DNA from: Chlorokybus atmophyticus
Taxonomy: Eukaryota > Plantae > Mesostigma and Chlorokybus algae
Direction: 5' to 3'
Assembly: GCA_009103225.1 (NCBI GenBank)
Contig: RHPI01002264.1
Location: 1 to 23,603 of the forward strand
DNA length: 23,603 bases
Position numbers and translations under genes: made by a program. Positions 8,204 through 17,005 of this stretch are shown one piece after another. Each line of letters begins with the position of its first letter. Positions within the stretch are counted from its first letter, which is position 1. The notes beneath the pieces are model-generated. The model was not told the DNA's origin. It saw nothing but the letters and a program-made list of their open reading frames with translations, and did no database searches.

Positions 8204-11200
8204 CTATTGGACATGCTGCTCGTAAGCAGCGGCGATGCGCCTGCGCTGACGTCCTGCGTCCACTCCTGGCAACCTCAGTATAGCCTCCAGCGCTCCCTCC
8301 AAAGTGTCAGTGGCGGCGGAAGCCACTTCATCATAAGCTTGCCGTATGGAGCGAAGGAACGCGTCCACCCACGCTATTCTGGTGCCGAATGCGAACAACG
8401 GGACTGCGGGATGGTTGGTGACCAGCCACGTCACTAACCGTGCGCGTGCCGCGTTGCCATTGTCTCGCATCCCAAGCATCTGCCGAAGTCCGATGCCTTC
8501 TTGACGATGCAGCATGGTTGCTTGTCGCAACAGAGCAGTGCGTAGTTGTTGCTCTCCAACCAGTCCTGCTCCATCTCTTTGTGTACACCCTTGTGGTGTA
8601 AGGTAGCCCCTCCCTGGCTCCCTTTGGTCCTCAGGTAGATCCTCCACCAGCGCAGGCAGCAACGGGGCGATCACCCCCCTGGTTTGTTGCGCCAACGCCC
8701 TCGCTTGGTCAGAGTTGGTCTCGACGAAGAGCGGAGTGGTGCTGGAGGATGGACCAGCAGTTGGTGACTGAGGTATTGGTGCACGTGTAGCTTCGAGAGC
8801 TTGTTCACGTGCAGCAATGGCGGCAGCTTGATCCTGTCGCCAATGATATGCTTGTTCCAGTGCGTGGTAGCGCTGATGAAGACGAGCGGTTGTAGGAGGT
8901 CCGAGTGCTTCATCAGTGCCCAAAGGCAGGGCGGCTGCGTCGGCGATTCGCTGCTGGACGGCGTCTCGGCGGTCTCGATACGTGTCCAACGGGCTGGGTT
9001 CAAAGGTGGTGGTTGGCATGCGCGCAGGCTGGCGCGGGGCGGTCTGCATGTTGATGTGCAACGCCCAGAACAGCTGCAGAGCCAACTCCAACACTACAGG
9101 TGGGCTGAAACTGATCAAAAACACCCTGTCACGCATCGGAGGTGCAGTGCCAGCAAGGATCTCATCTTCCAACTGGTGTTGAGTGGGTGCTGGAAGGGTG
9201 TGAACCTCTGGTAGCGGGAAGACGCGATCATCGCGGGCGACACGCGTGGTGCGCTCCCCCCCCCGACCGAAGGCGATGGTAGTGGGGTCTGCTCCGCGCA
9301 GGATAGTCTCCCATGCTCGCTCAGCTTGCTGACTAGTTGGGACAGCCTGAGTGACGTCGAGAGCGGGCAGAGTGGCTGCGCGCGTCGCTGCAGAGACAGC
9401 GGGCTCGACAATGGCAATTGTGGCAGTTGCGACGGTACCGGTCGGTGGTGCGAGAGTTGTCTCGACGCCTACGGACAGAGGCACTGATGCAGTGGGAAGT
9501 GCACTGCCCACTGGTGCCGATTCGGTAGAGACGGCGGCTGTTGCCACTGTGCTCACCAGCGTTGGCGTCACGGCGCCCATCGGTGTGCCAGGTTGTGGTG
9601 CAACTGGAGTGGGTACTGCTGACGTTGGTGGAGACGACGTTGTAGCCGGTGTGGCTGTTGCTGCGGAGGCAGCACCACTGGTGGCTTCGGAGGAGGTGCC
9701 TACTGATGTTGTTGCAGCTTCCCCTCGTGCTCGTCGTGATGGTTGCACGCGGGACGGAGTGTTCCTGTCTCTTTCGCGTTTTGCAGCCATCAGCGCCCAT
9801 CGGGCAGTGTAGCAGGCGCGGTAGTCCTGCTCCTTGTCTTCCTCCAAGCGTGCCATACGCGCCATGAGGGCTGCCATGTGGTCATCAGCTGGAGGGTTGG
9901 CTGAAGCCTTGGCGGCAACAGCAGCAGCGCGCGGACGTGTCTCTGGTCCCTTACGCTGAGGAGGTCTGTTCTTCCCCCTGTAGCCTTGTTCTTCCTTGCG
10001 AACACTGGCGTTGTTGTTGTTGTTACTGCCACCAGCGTTGTTGCTGTTGTGGGCTCCAGTGTTGTTGCTATTGTAGCCACTGAAGTGGTTGCCAGTGTGG
10101 CCCCCAGTGTTGTTGCTGTTGTAGCCACTGAAGTTGTTGGCAGGGTGGTTGTAGCTGTTGGCGGGCCTCAACTCTGGGAACTTGAGCCAGCAGACTGACT
10201 CCAGATGACCAATCTTGTGACAGTGGTCGCAAACCAAAGTTGAGTATTCTTCGGTGCACTCCTTTTGGTAGTGCCCATGCCGTCCACAGCGATGACACAG
10301 CACAGGGGCAGCAAGTGCAGCATGAGCTGACCGTTTCCCTTTGTCGCGTGCTGGTGGAGCGTCCCGGCCACGGTCGCGGCGAGGAGGCTCAGTTGTCGTG
10401 CTGAATACAGGCCGTACGGCGCTGCGGTTGGTGTCCAGCACTGCCTTTTCATACACCAAGCGCTTGTGGATGGCTTGTGCAGTCTCGAAGGCTTCTTTAA
10501 GGGTGTAGCCAAGGGGCCTGCTGTAGTTCAGAGTCAGGCGTGTCGACTCGCTCAGAGCAGCATCCAACTCATTGACGTAGATTACTGCAGCAGCCTCCTC
10601 ACTGACAATGTTGTAATCAGTGTCCTTCAGCAGACCTTCCAGTCTGGAGTACAAGCGGAGGGGATCCTCATTGGGCTTGCGTCGGAAGCGTCTCAGCTCC
10701 TCAACCTTGCTGGTGGTCTGAGGAGGGAAGGTACGGCGCAGGGCAGCGTACAGGTCCTTGAGTGGAGAATCAGAGATGGCAGCACCTACGGTGATGGCTG
10801 GTGCGCGCACTGCTACTGACCCGAGGGTGAACGCGCTGCCTCCTGCACGAGAGCCAGGTGTTGCTGGAGGTAGAGGAGTACCCCACTCTGCGGCTGCCGC
10901 TTGCTGTGCAGCTCTTTGTTCCTCAATGATGACGGCAGAACGGTTAAGGATACGGACTCGACGTGTGGCCTCCTTGGACTCAACTTTTGCAGGGGTCAAG
11001 TTGACAAGTACCAACTCTGGTTCCTCCTCCTCTGCCTGCTTGAGAGCTGCAGCTATGGACAAGCCTGTTACTGCAACTGAAGTGGCAGGTGGAACGACAC
11101 CTGTTGGACGGTGCAGGGATGCAGATGCTATGGTGCTGGCAAGCTCGCCATAGCCGTCTACTCGATGCAGTTCAGCAACGGACTTCCAGACATCGTGTGC

Positions 11201-11581
11201 TTCATGATCAAGATACTGAGCAGCAATGTGGAAAGAGATCTCATCTGACCAGTCTTTGTTCTTTAGAGCTTGCTGCCGCATCTTGGAGTGGAACTTGATG
11301 ATGAACTCATCCAGCGAGGTGGTGCCGGCTCGTCCGGAGAAGCGCAGGGATGTGGTTGAACTGGAAGATTCCATCTCGTTGTCGTCGCTGTCCGATGATA
11401 GTGGAGAAGCTTGATGACGAGGAGTAGTGTGGAGCGGGGTGAAGCTGGAGATGGAGCGCGAGCCTCTGCTGCTGCGGTCGATGCTTCCGTCACTGGTCCG
11501 CTCGTAGGTGAGGTTGGTGGTTGGGCTCCAGCTGCTGAGGTCACCCTCGTCTATTGGGAAGAACGGGGTGGGCCTGCTCAT
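8204..11581 (-). CDS. gag: Gag with long C-terminal extension (1125 aa)
   Basis: Capsid-like N-terminal region (FIIKFHSKM...YLDHEAHDVW; RRKPNEDPLRLYSRL). Two CX2CX4HX4C knuckles CHRCGRHGHYQKEC and CDHCHKIGHLESVC (10190-10297). Ends in TAG at 8206-8204. Confidence 0.9.
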   Translation of the reverse strand: MSRPTPFFPIDEGDLSSWSPTTNLTYERTSDGSIDRSSRGSRSISSFTPLHTTPRHQASPLSSDSDDNEMESSSSTTSLRFSGRAGTTSLDEFIIKFHSKMRQQALKNKDWSDEISFHIAAQYLDHEAHDVWKSVAELHRVDGYGELASTIASASLHRPTGVVPPATSVAVTGLSIAAALKQAEEEEPELVLVNLTPAKVESKEATRRVRILNRSAVIIEEQRAAQQAAAAEWGTPLPPATPGSRAGGSAFTLGSVAVRAPAITVGAAISDSPLKDLYAALRRTFPPQTTSKVEELRRFRRKPNEDPLRLYSRLEGLLKDTDYNIVSEEAAAVIYVNELDAALSESTRLTLNYSRPLGYTLKEAFETAQAIHKRLVYEKAVLDTNRSAVRPVFSTTTEPPRRDRGRDAPPARDKGKRSAHAALAAPVLCHRCGRHGHYQKECTEEYSTLVCDHCHKIGHLESVCWLKFPELRPANSYNHPANNFSGYNSNNTGGHTGNHFSGYNSNNTGAHNSNNAGGSNNNNNASVRKEEQGYRGKNRPPQRKGPETRPRAAAVAAKASANPPADDHMAALMARMARLEEDKEQDYRACYTARWALMAAKRERDRNTPSRVQPSRRARGEAATTSVGTSSEATSGAASAATATPATTSSPPTSAVPTPVAPQPGTPMGAVTPTLVSTVATAAVSTESAPVGSALPTASVPLSVGVETTLAPPTGTVATATIAIVEPAVSAATRAATLPALDVTQAVPTSQQAERAWETILRGADPTTIAFGRGGERTTRVARDDRVFPLPEVHTLPAPTQHQLEDEILAGTAPPMRDRVFLISFSPPVVLELALQLFWALHINMQTAPRQPARMPTTTFEPSPLDTYRDRRDAVQQRIADAAALPLGTDEALGPPTTARLHQRYHALEQAYHWRQDQAAAIAAREQALEATRAPIPQSPTAGPSSSTTPLFVETNSDQARALAQQTRGVIAPLLPALVEDLPEDQREPGRGYLTPQGCTQRDGAGLVGEQQLRTALLRQATMLHRQEGIGLRQMLGMRDNGNAARARLVTWLVTNHPAVPLFAFGTRIAWVDAFLRSIRQAYDEVASAATDTLEGALEAILRLPGVDAGRQRRRIAAAYEQHVQ

Positions 11582-11780
11582 ACAGCTGGTGCGATGGTGA
11601 AAGTGGATGAAGGGTAGAGTGTTTGTGTTCTACAATGGGATCTCCAGTGCTGCTATCACCCAACACACTAGCGCTTGTGCGCGCTATGCGATGACGGTGT
11701 CAACACTGCACTGTGATGTGTACAACTACAGATTGCGATGCTGATGTACAGCTTGCAACTACACTCACTTGAGCAAAGAG

Positions 11781-11795
11781 GGTGACACTGTAAGT
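11781..11795 (-). other. Putative self-priming primer-binding site
   Basis: GGTGACACTGTAAGT (11781-11795) is the exact reverse complement of ACTTACAGTGTCACC (12101-12115). No TGG-initiated tRNA PBS is visible at this position. Confidence 0.7.
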
Positions 11796-12448
11796 CAACA
11801 AGCCACTACGATAGGTAGTGCTGTGGACACAGTTCTTTGCATGAGTGGATAGAATGNTACACTGTTAAGTGAGGTGAATGAGTGTGCAACACGTGGATAC
11901 AACACCCTGACTACTGAAACAACACACCACCGTCAAGCTCACAGCCATGGCAGGCACAGCGCACAAGAGCATGCACCGTGTCTCACGCAGTAAGGGAATT
12001 CTTGGCAACCGGGGCAGCGTGCTTCCAGTTCAAGTCGCTTCACAAGCTCTTTTAGAAACAGAGTCTTTACTTCTTAGTACTCCTAGTACTCACAGTACTC
12101 ACTTACAGTGTCACCAGCCAGTCTGGTGACGTGACTTCCTACTTATACATGTCAAATCATGACTGTGCAGTGCCACGCGGGCACTAGGCCAACGGTCACA
12201 TCGAGGCCTCATGCTATTTCGGAAATCTCCTAAGACTTGATATAGCACATGTGTTCTTAACAGACTTGCAACTGATCAGCTACGCGCGGTCCCTACAGAC
12301 AGGTCTATAAAGTAGCCCTAGCTACAGGCTACATGAGTGATACAGTAGCTANCGGGGCTCGCGCGGTCTCCATGCTGGTAGCCCAGGCGTGGGGCTGGGT
12401 GTAGGCATGCTTGAGAAGAACTGGCATGCGAGGGTAGATGGCATGACA
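11789..12448 (-). repeat. 5' terminal repeat (B unit only; contains promoter)
   Basis: 11793-12448 matches B1/B2 from AGTCAACAAGCCA to GGCATGACA, with no A unit. Preceded by TG at 11789-11790. Single-N positions at 11857 and 12352. Confidence 0.93.
12115..12147 (-). promoter_or_regulatory. Element promoter: TATAAG box (12147-12142) with predicted TSS near 12115
   Basis: The TATA-like motif starts 32 nt upstream of the sequence complementary to the PBS. The TSS is inferred, not observed. Confidence 0.6.
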
Positions 12449-13757
12449 GCATGTTGGACTATTTAGTGTTGTTACCAGTTAGTGTAGTCAAGGTAGTTTA
12501 TCACCTCTGGTGCTTACCCAACGAACATGTAAAAAGCTCGGTGTTGAATAAGCCAAGTCCAGTTGTGTGATTCTTTGTTTTGTGTGCATTTAATCATCGA
12601 CGCTGTTATGCACTCCAATGTAGTCTGGTAGTATCTGGTCTTTTCGTAGTGCACATTAAGCCAAATAGTGGGTAGGTATGAATAAAGGTTTACCCTAGTT
12701 TAATAACACGAATTACATGGTCTTTGTAGCTAGCTAGTACGCAAGATGGTACGGTTATAGGCTAGTCTTACCTAGCCAACTCCAACAAACCAGCCCCTGA
12801 CATGGCAAAGGCCGAGAGATTGCTTGCAAAATATTGCACAACCTCTGTTGCATTCTTGTCTGCAATTAAAGCGTCGTGCTGCACATGCATTGAAAATGCT
12901 TAGCAAACTGTGCTTAAGAAAGAGCAAGCGTCATCAAAACGCGATGGTATCAGCATGGCATATTAATAAACTTTATATGCGCAAGCGGCTGTGTTTACTT
13001 GATAAGGGCCCGGATGTTAAACAGACAAGCAACTTGCTGACTTATTAAACAATATATTGAATCATGTATATGTCATATTAACTATCAATACCAATATATA
13101 TAAATACTATTAAATTTATTCATTATAATAACAGTGTTATATTATACTCCAACCTTGATAAATGCATACTTGATAATTGCATATCCACATCAAGTGCCTA
13201 GAATGGGCCGTCAGCGTATCCTTAGCGCTAACATCTATACGTGAAGTGCATGTGCATACTTTAATCAATAGATTGCGAAACCTCTAGTGTTTATGCACAT
13301 ATAAAGGTAGGTTACGTTCAATTTAAAAACGTGTTACAATAGAGGCGTATTTTTCATGTAGTCGTAACTTTTATGACGTTTTTTGAAGATAGAGTTATTC
13401 ATTGAGTGCATATACTATGCAGCATATGGCGAGCACATGTAGCATAACATGTAGCATACGTGCGTAACTTATGCACTTAACAAGGGTGCATAATCTTGAT
13501 AATTGCATACATACGCCTGGACTATGCTGCATAAGTGCATACATAGTTTGGTATTACATGCGCCCGTTCCCGATGGTATGCACTTATCGGAGTTGAACTG
13601 CAATCACGATCCATGACACGATGTTAACCAGTAACGGCGCTGTAACGGCGCTATCAGGTCGGGACAGTCCTCTGCGCTAACCCATGCTTACAGCGAGGGC
13701 AGAGTCTGCGAACTACGCAACGCATGTGTAGGCAGCCGTGACTTGCCCCCGTGGACC

Positions 13758-16392
13758 ATGGCGGCGGCGGCGGCGGCGGGCCGCAGCGGCGAGGACGGCG
13801 TGGCCTCGTCCTCCTATACCTCCTCATCCTCCGCGTCGTCGGGCGCTCCGGTTGCGTGGCGCGGCGAGGCGCTGGTGGTGTCGCCCTTCGAGACCGCATG
13901 GGTCACCGACCCTGAGCTGTTGCTGCCGCCGCTGGTCCCACCAGGCAGAGGAGGAGGAGGAGCAGGAGGGGGAGGGTGGGCGCTGGTGGTGAGGGCACGC
14001 GCCCCCAATGACGCCACGGTCGTGCTGTCTCCTGCCGCCCACCCCAAGCTGGCGCACTACCGTCGTCCTGCCCCGCCGCCTGGCGCGGTGACGGTGATTC
14101 TTGGCTCGCACGCCAACACCGCCGTCGTCCTGGAGTGGGACGGCGAACTTGCAGCAAGAGTCACTCTCACTCCATCGGCACGACTCGCAGGTGAGATGGG
14201 TTGGTTCCACAATCATTCCACACTCGCTCAGCGGCTGTGCCCCTAATGCAGTGATGGCGGTCAGTGGTTCAGTGCGGCAGACTGTGTAGACACAACGGGG
14301 TCGTCATTGTGAACAATGCACGCAGTGGCAATGCCTGGGGTATTGAATTCCACATGGCAGGCACGCACAATGGCATGCATGGCATGCGTGTCAGCGTGAT
14401 GTGCTATACTGCATTTGGAAATAGCCCGCTGGTGCGCGTGGCCAGCCTTTTCCAATGTTGTCGGCGTGTTTACTTACCTTAAGACTCACTGCAGTCCAAG
14501 TTGTCAGCACTTCTTGCTCATGTGCGTGGGTTTGCGCAGGTTCTGTGGGTGAGTTCCGCAGCTACTGGATCGCTTACGACAGCGTGCGGGTGCTGCGCGT
14601 GGGTTATGGGGAAGTTCCCTCAGCGGAGAAGACGCTGCTGATGTGGCAGCACCCTCAGGACGCGCCCACGCTGAGGTGTCTGGGCCTCTCATCGTGGGAC
14701 CGATACGTTGCGTACCAACGCCCGCGCCTCCTTCCCCCTCCACGCAACACTCTCTTCGCACCCCCGCACGCCTTAGAAAGCAGCCAGGTGGGAGGCACAG
14801 GTGGTGTGTCGTTATGCAGTCAATGTGGCTATGTGCTCATTTTTGGTGATACGTGCAGTGTTGTTCCCCGTCCTTGGAGATGACATGGAGGGATGAGGGC
14901 GATTGCCTCGTGGAAGCCGGGCACCGGTTGATGCGGGCACACAGACATGTCCTCGCTCATGCCAGCCCCGTCTTTCGCAGAGTACGCCGGCTCATTACTT
15001 ATTACTGTATGTGGAGGGAGGAAAGGGAGCAATTGTAATGTGCGCATGTTGTAATCATGTGATCTACCTTGCACAGATGTTTTTTCACGGCATGACGGAG
15101 TCGTCGAGCGGCAAGCTTGTGGTCAAGGAGTTTGGCGGCTGCTCTAAGGCGGTCACCAGCCTCGTCCGCTACGCCTACACGCACTCCCTGCCCGCCGAGC
15201 CCGCGTCCCTGCGCCACGACCTCACGCTCCTCATACTCGCAGGTGGTCTTCCCCCCGCTGCACGCTCGTAGATGTGTCTTAGTAGTAGTAGCATGCATGC
15301 CCTCTGCGCTCTTATGCTGTGTTGTGCATAACATCATCAGACCGGTATGGTATGGAGGCATTGTGTCACCTTGTGGAGGCGCGGCTGGTGCGCAACCCGG
15401 ATTTACCTCAAGTGGCGTGCGCGGCGCTGAGTCTCGGGGACGCCCTTGGCGCGGACGCCCTCGCAGAGGCGGCGGCATCGGAGGCGGCCAAGAGGCTTGC
15501 CCAGCTGCCCGACCAGCATGCGAAGCACCTCTGCGCGCTCTCCGCCGACCAACTCGTGCATGTGCTCACGCACAAGGACCTGCGCGTCGACAAGGAGGAG
15601 GAGGCGCTGCGGGCCATCGCGTGCTGGCTTGCCAACGAGCGCGTCGAGCTGGAGTCACTACCCAACAAGCTGGTGATTGCGCCAGCGAGGGATGCTCATG
15701 CGGCGCGGCTGTTGCAGCTCGTGCAGTGGGGCCGCCTGCCGGAGCACCTGCGCGTGGCGGACTGCGCCACCGAGGACGCCAGCTGCTGCGTCATTGAGGG
15801 AGCCCGCCTTGTGTCGCGCTTCCCGTGGTTCGTCCCACGCAGCGCGTGTGGGAGTGATGTTGGCGTCCGCAGGCCCCACGCGTGCGTTTACGAGGCCGAC
15901 GGCGACACCAACGGCGCGTGCTACTGGATCGGCACGGGATGCGGGACGCGCGCGTGGGCGCATCCCGTGGTGACGGGCGCCATCGTCGCAGCTGCCAGCA
16001 GCCCCGTTGGCCGTGAGACTGACGCCCGTGCGCTTGTCGGCCGCCGCTACCGCCACATCAACCATGCGGTGGGTGCGCGCGCGTGGTGGGCCCTCGACCT
16101 CGGCCTGAAGCACGCCCTCACCCTTGCGCACTACACCCTCCGCACCGACAGCTCCACCGAATTCGCTCACAGCTGGACCCTTCAGGCTTCGTACGATGGA
16201 CACACCTGGTTGGACCTCAGACATCACGAGCAGGACCGTGCGCTCTGCAGGCCTGCAGCGTATGCCACCTGGGTCGTCAATCATCCTGTGGACTCACCGC
16301 CTTTCCGCCACTTCCGTGTCGTGTCTCATGATGACAAACCCAATGCGCGGTTCCCCCTCGCGCACTTTGAGCTGTATGGAGCTCTTCATTAG
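13758..16392 (+). CDS. BTB/POZ protein with N-terminal FaMeT-like domain, BTB, BACK and C-terminal F5/8 type C-like domain (resembles Arabidopsis At2g30600); 5 exons, about 673 aa
   Basis: Exons 13758-14190, 14540-14787, 14859-14981, 15077-15242, 15341-16392; all GT-AG and phase-consistent, total 2022 nt. Motifs VVSPFETAW, NDATVVL, EFRSYWI, LGLSSWD; BTB AHRHVLAHASPVFRR|MFFHGMTES...LAD|RYGM; C-terminal DGDTNGACYWIGT, WWALDLG, WTLQASYDGHTW. Confidence 0.88.
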
Positions 16393-17005
16393 CGGCTGTG
16401 CCATGTTGTTCCTTGGTTGGTCCTGCTACGTGTAACTGTGTTGGCGCATAGCCTGCATCAGGCTTGGCGGGCAGTGAATGAAGTCATAGACTTGCTTTGG
16501 GGTGGATGTGGCGCTGCGGTGCTGTGGTGCTGTGCTTGGGTTGCAGCAGAAGAAGGCAACGTCTGTGTGCTATGTTTGTGTTTCTGCACCAAGTGTTGTA
16601 CATTTGTGCGTTCTTAATAGTGGGAGAAGGCTTGAGATGATCATTCATGACAACCTTTATGCACAAGGCATGGGCTAGGGTTGAAGCGGTTGCATTGATT
16701 GCATTGGGCACATGCTTAACAACAGTAACTTGTGCCATGCTGCAATTACTGTTACTCAACAAGTACTGGATGCTTTGTCTATCGCACTCAACCTACCATG
16801 GCCAGCATGGTAGCTTGAGAAGCATGTTGCAGTGTCGGTCACCCAGGCAACGAAGCAAGCGGGCACTCGCAACATGGATCAATTACAATGGGGACTGTAC
16901 TGTTACACTCGTTAGAATGGTGTGTGAAGGGCCTGTACAAAGTGACCACCTGCCAAAGTATGCAACACATTGCCACAATCATAGTGACGGTAATCTCTCA
17001 ACGCA

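Larger units (their letters stand above)
675..12448 (-). mobile_element. Ty3/Gypsy-type retrotransposon carrying a C5 DNA methyltransferase and a PHD finger, with split/permuted terminal direct repeats
   Basis: Domain order gag-PR-(DNMT)-RT-RH-IN is Gypsy order. Element begins TG (675) and ends CA (12448) with imperfect terminal inverted repeats (TGACGTGCC / GGCATGACA). Flanked by GCAT at 671-674 and 12449-12452. PPT and PBS-position signals are present. Confidence 0.93.

Noticed and set aside
2932-11617. Numerous + strand and alternate-frame ORFs over gag/pol
   Set aside because: Shadow ORFs of GC-rich coding sequence with no domain motifs.
11760-11790. tRNA primer-binding site
   Set aside because: No TGG start next to the repeat end; self-complementarity explains the site better. 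Priming by an internal tRNA fragment cannot be excluded without a search.
675-12448. DIRS/Ngaro tyrosine-recombinase element, suggested by the split repeats
   Set aside because: No tyrosine recombinase ORF. A DDE integrase, aspartic protease, TG...CA ends and a TSD are present.
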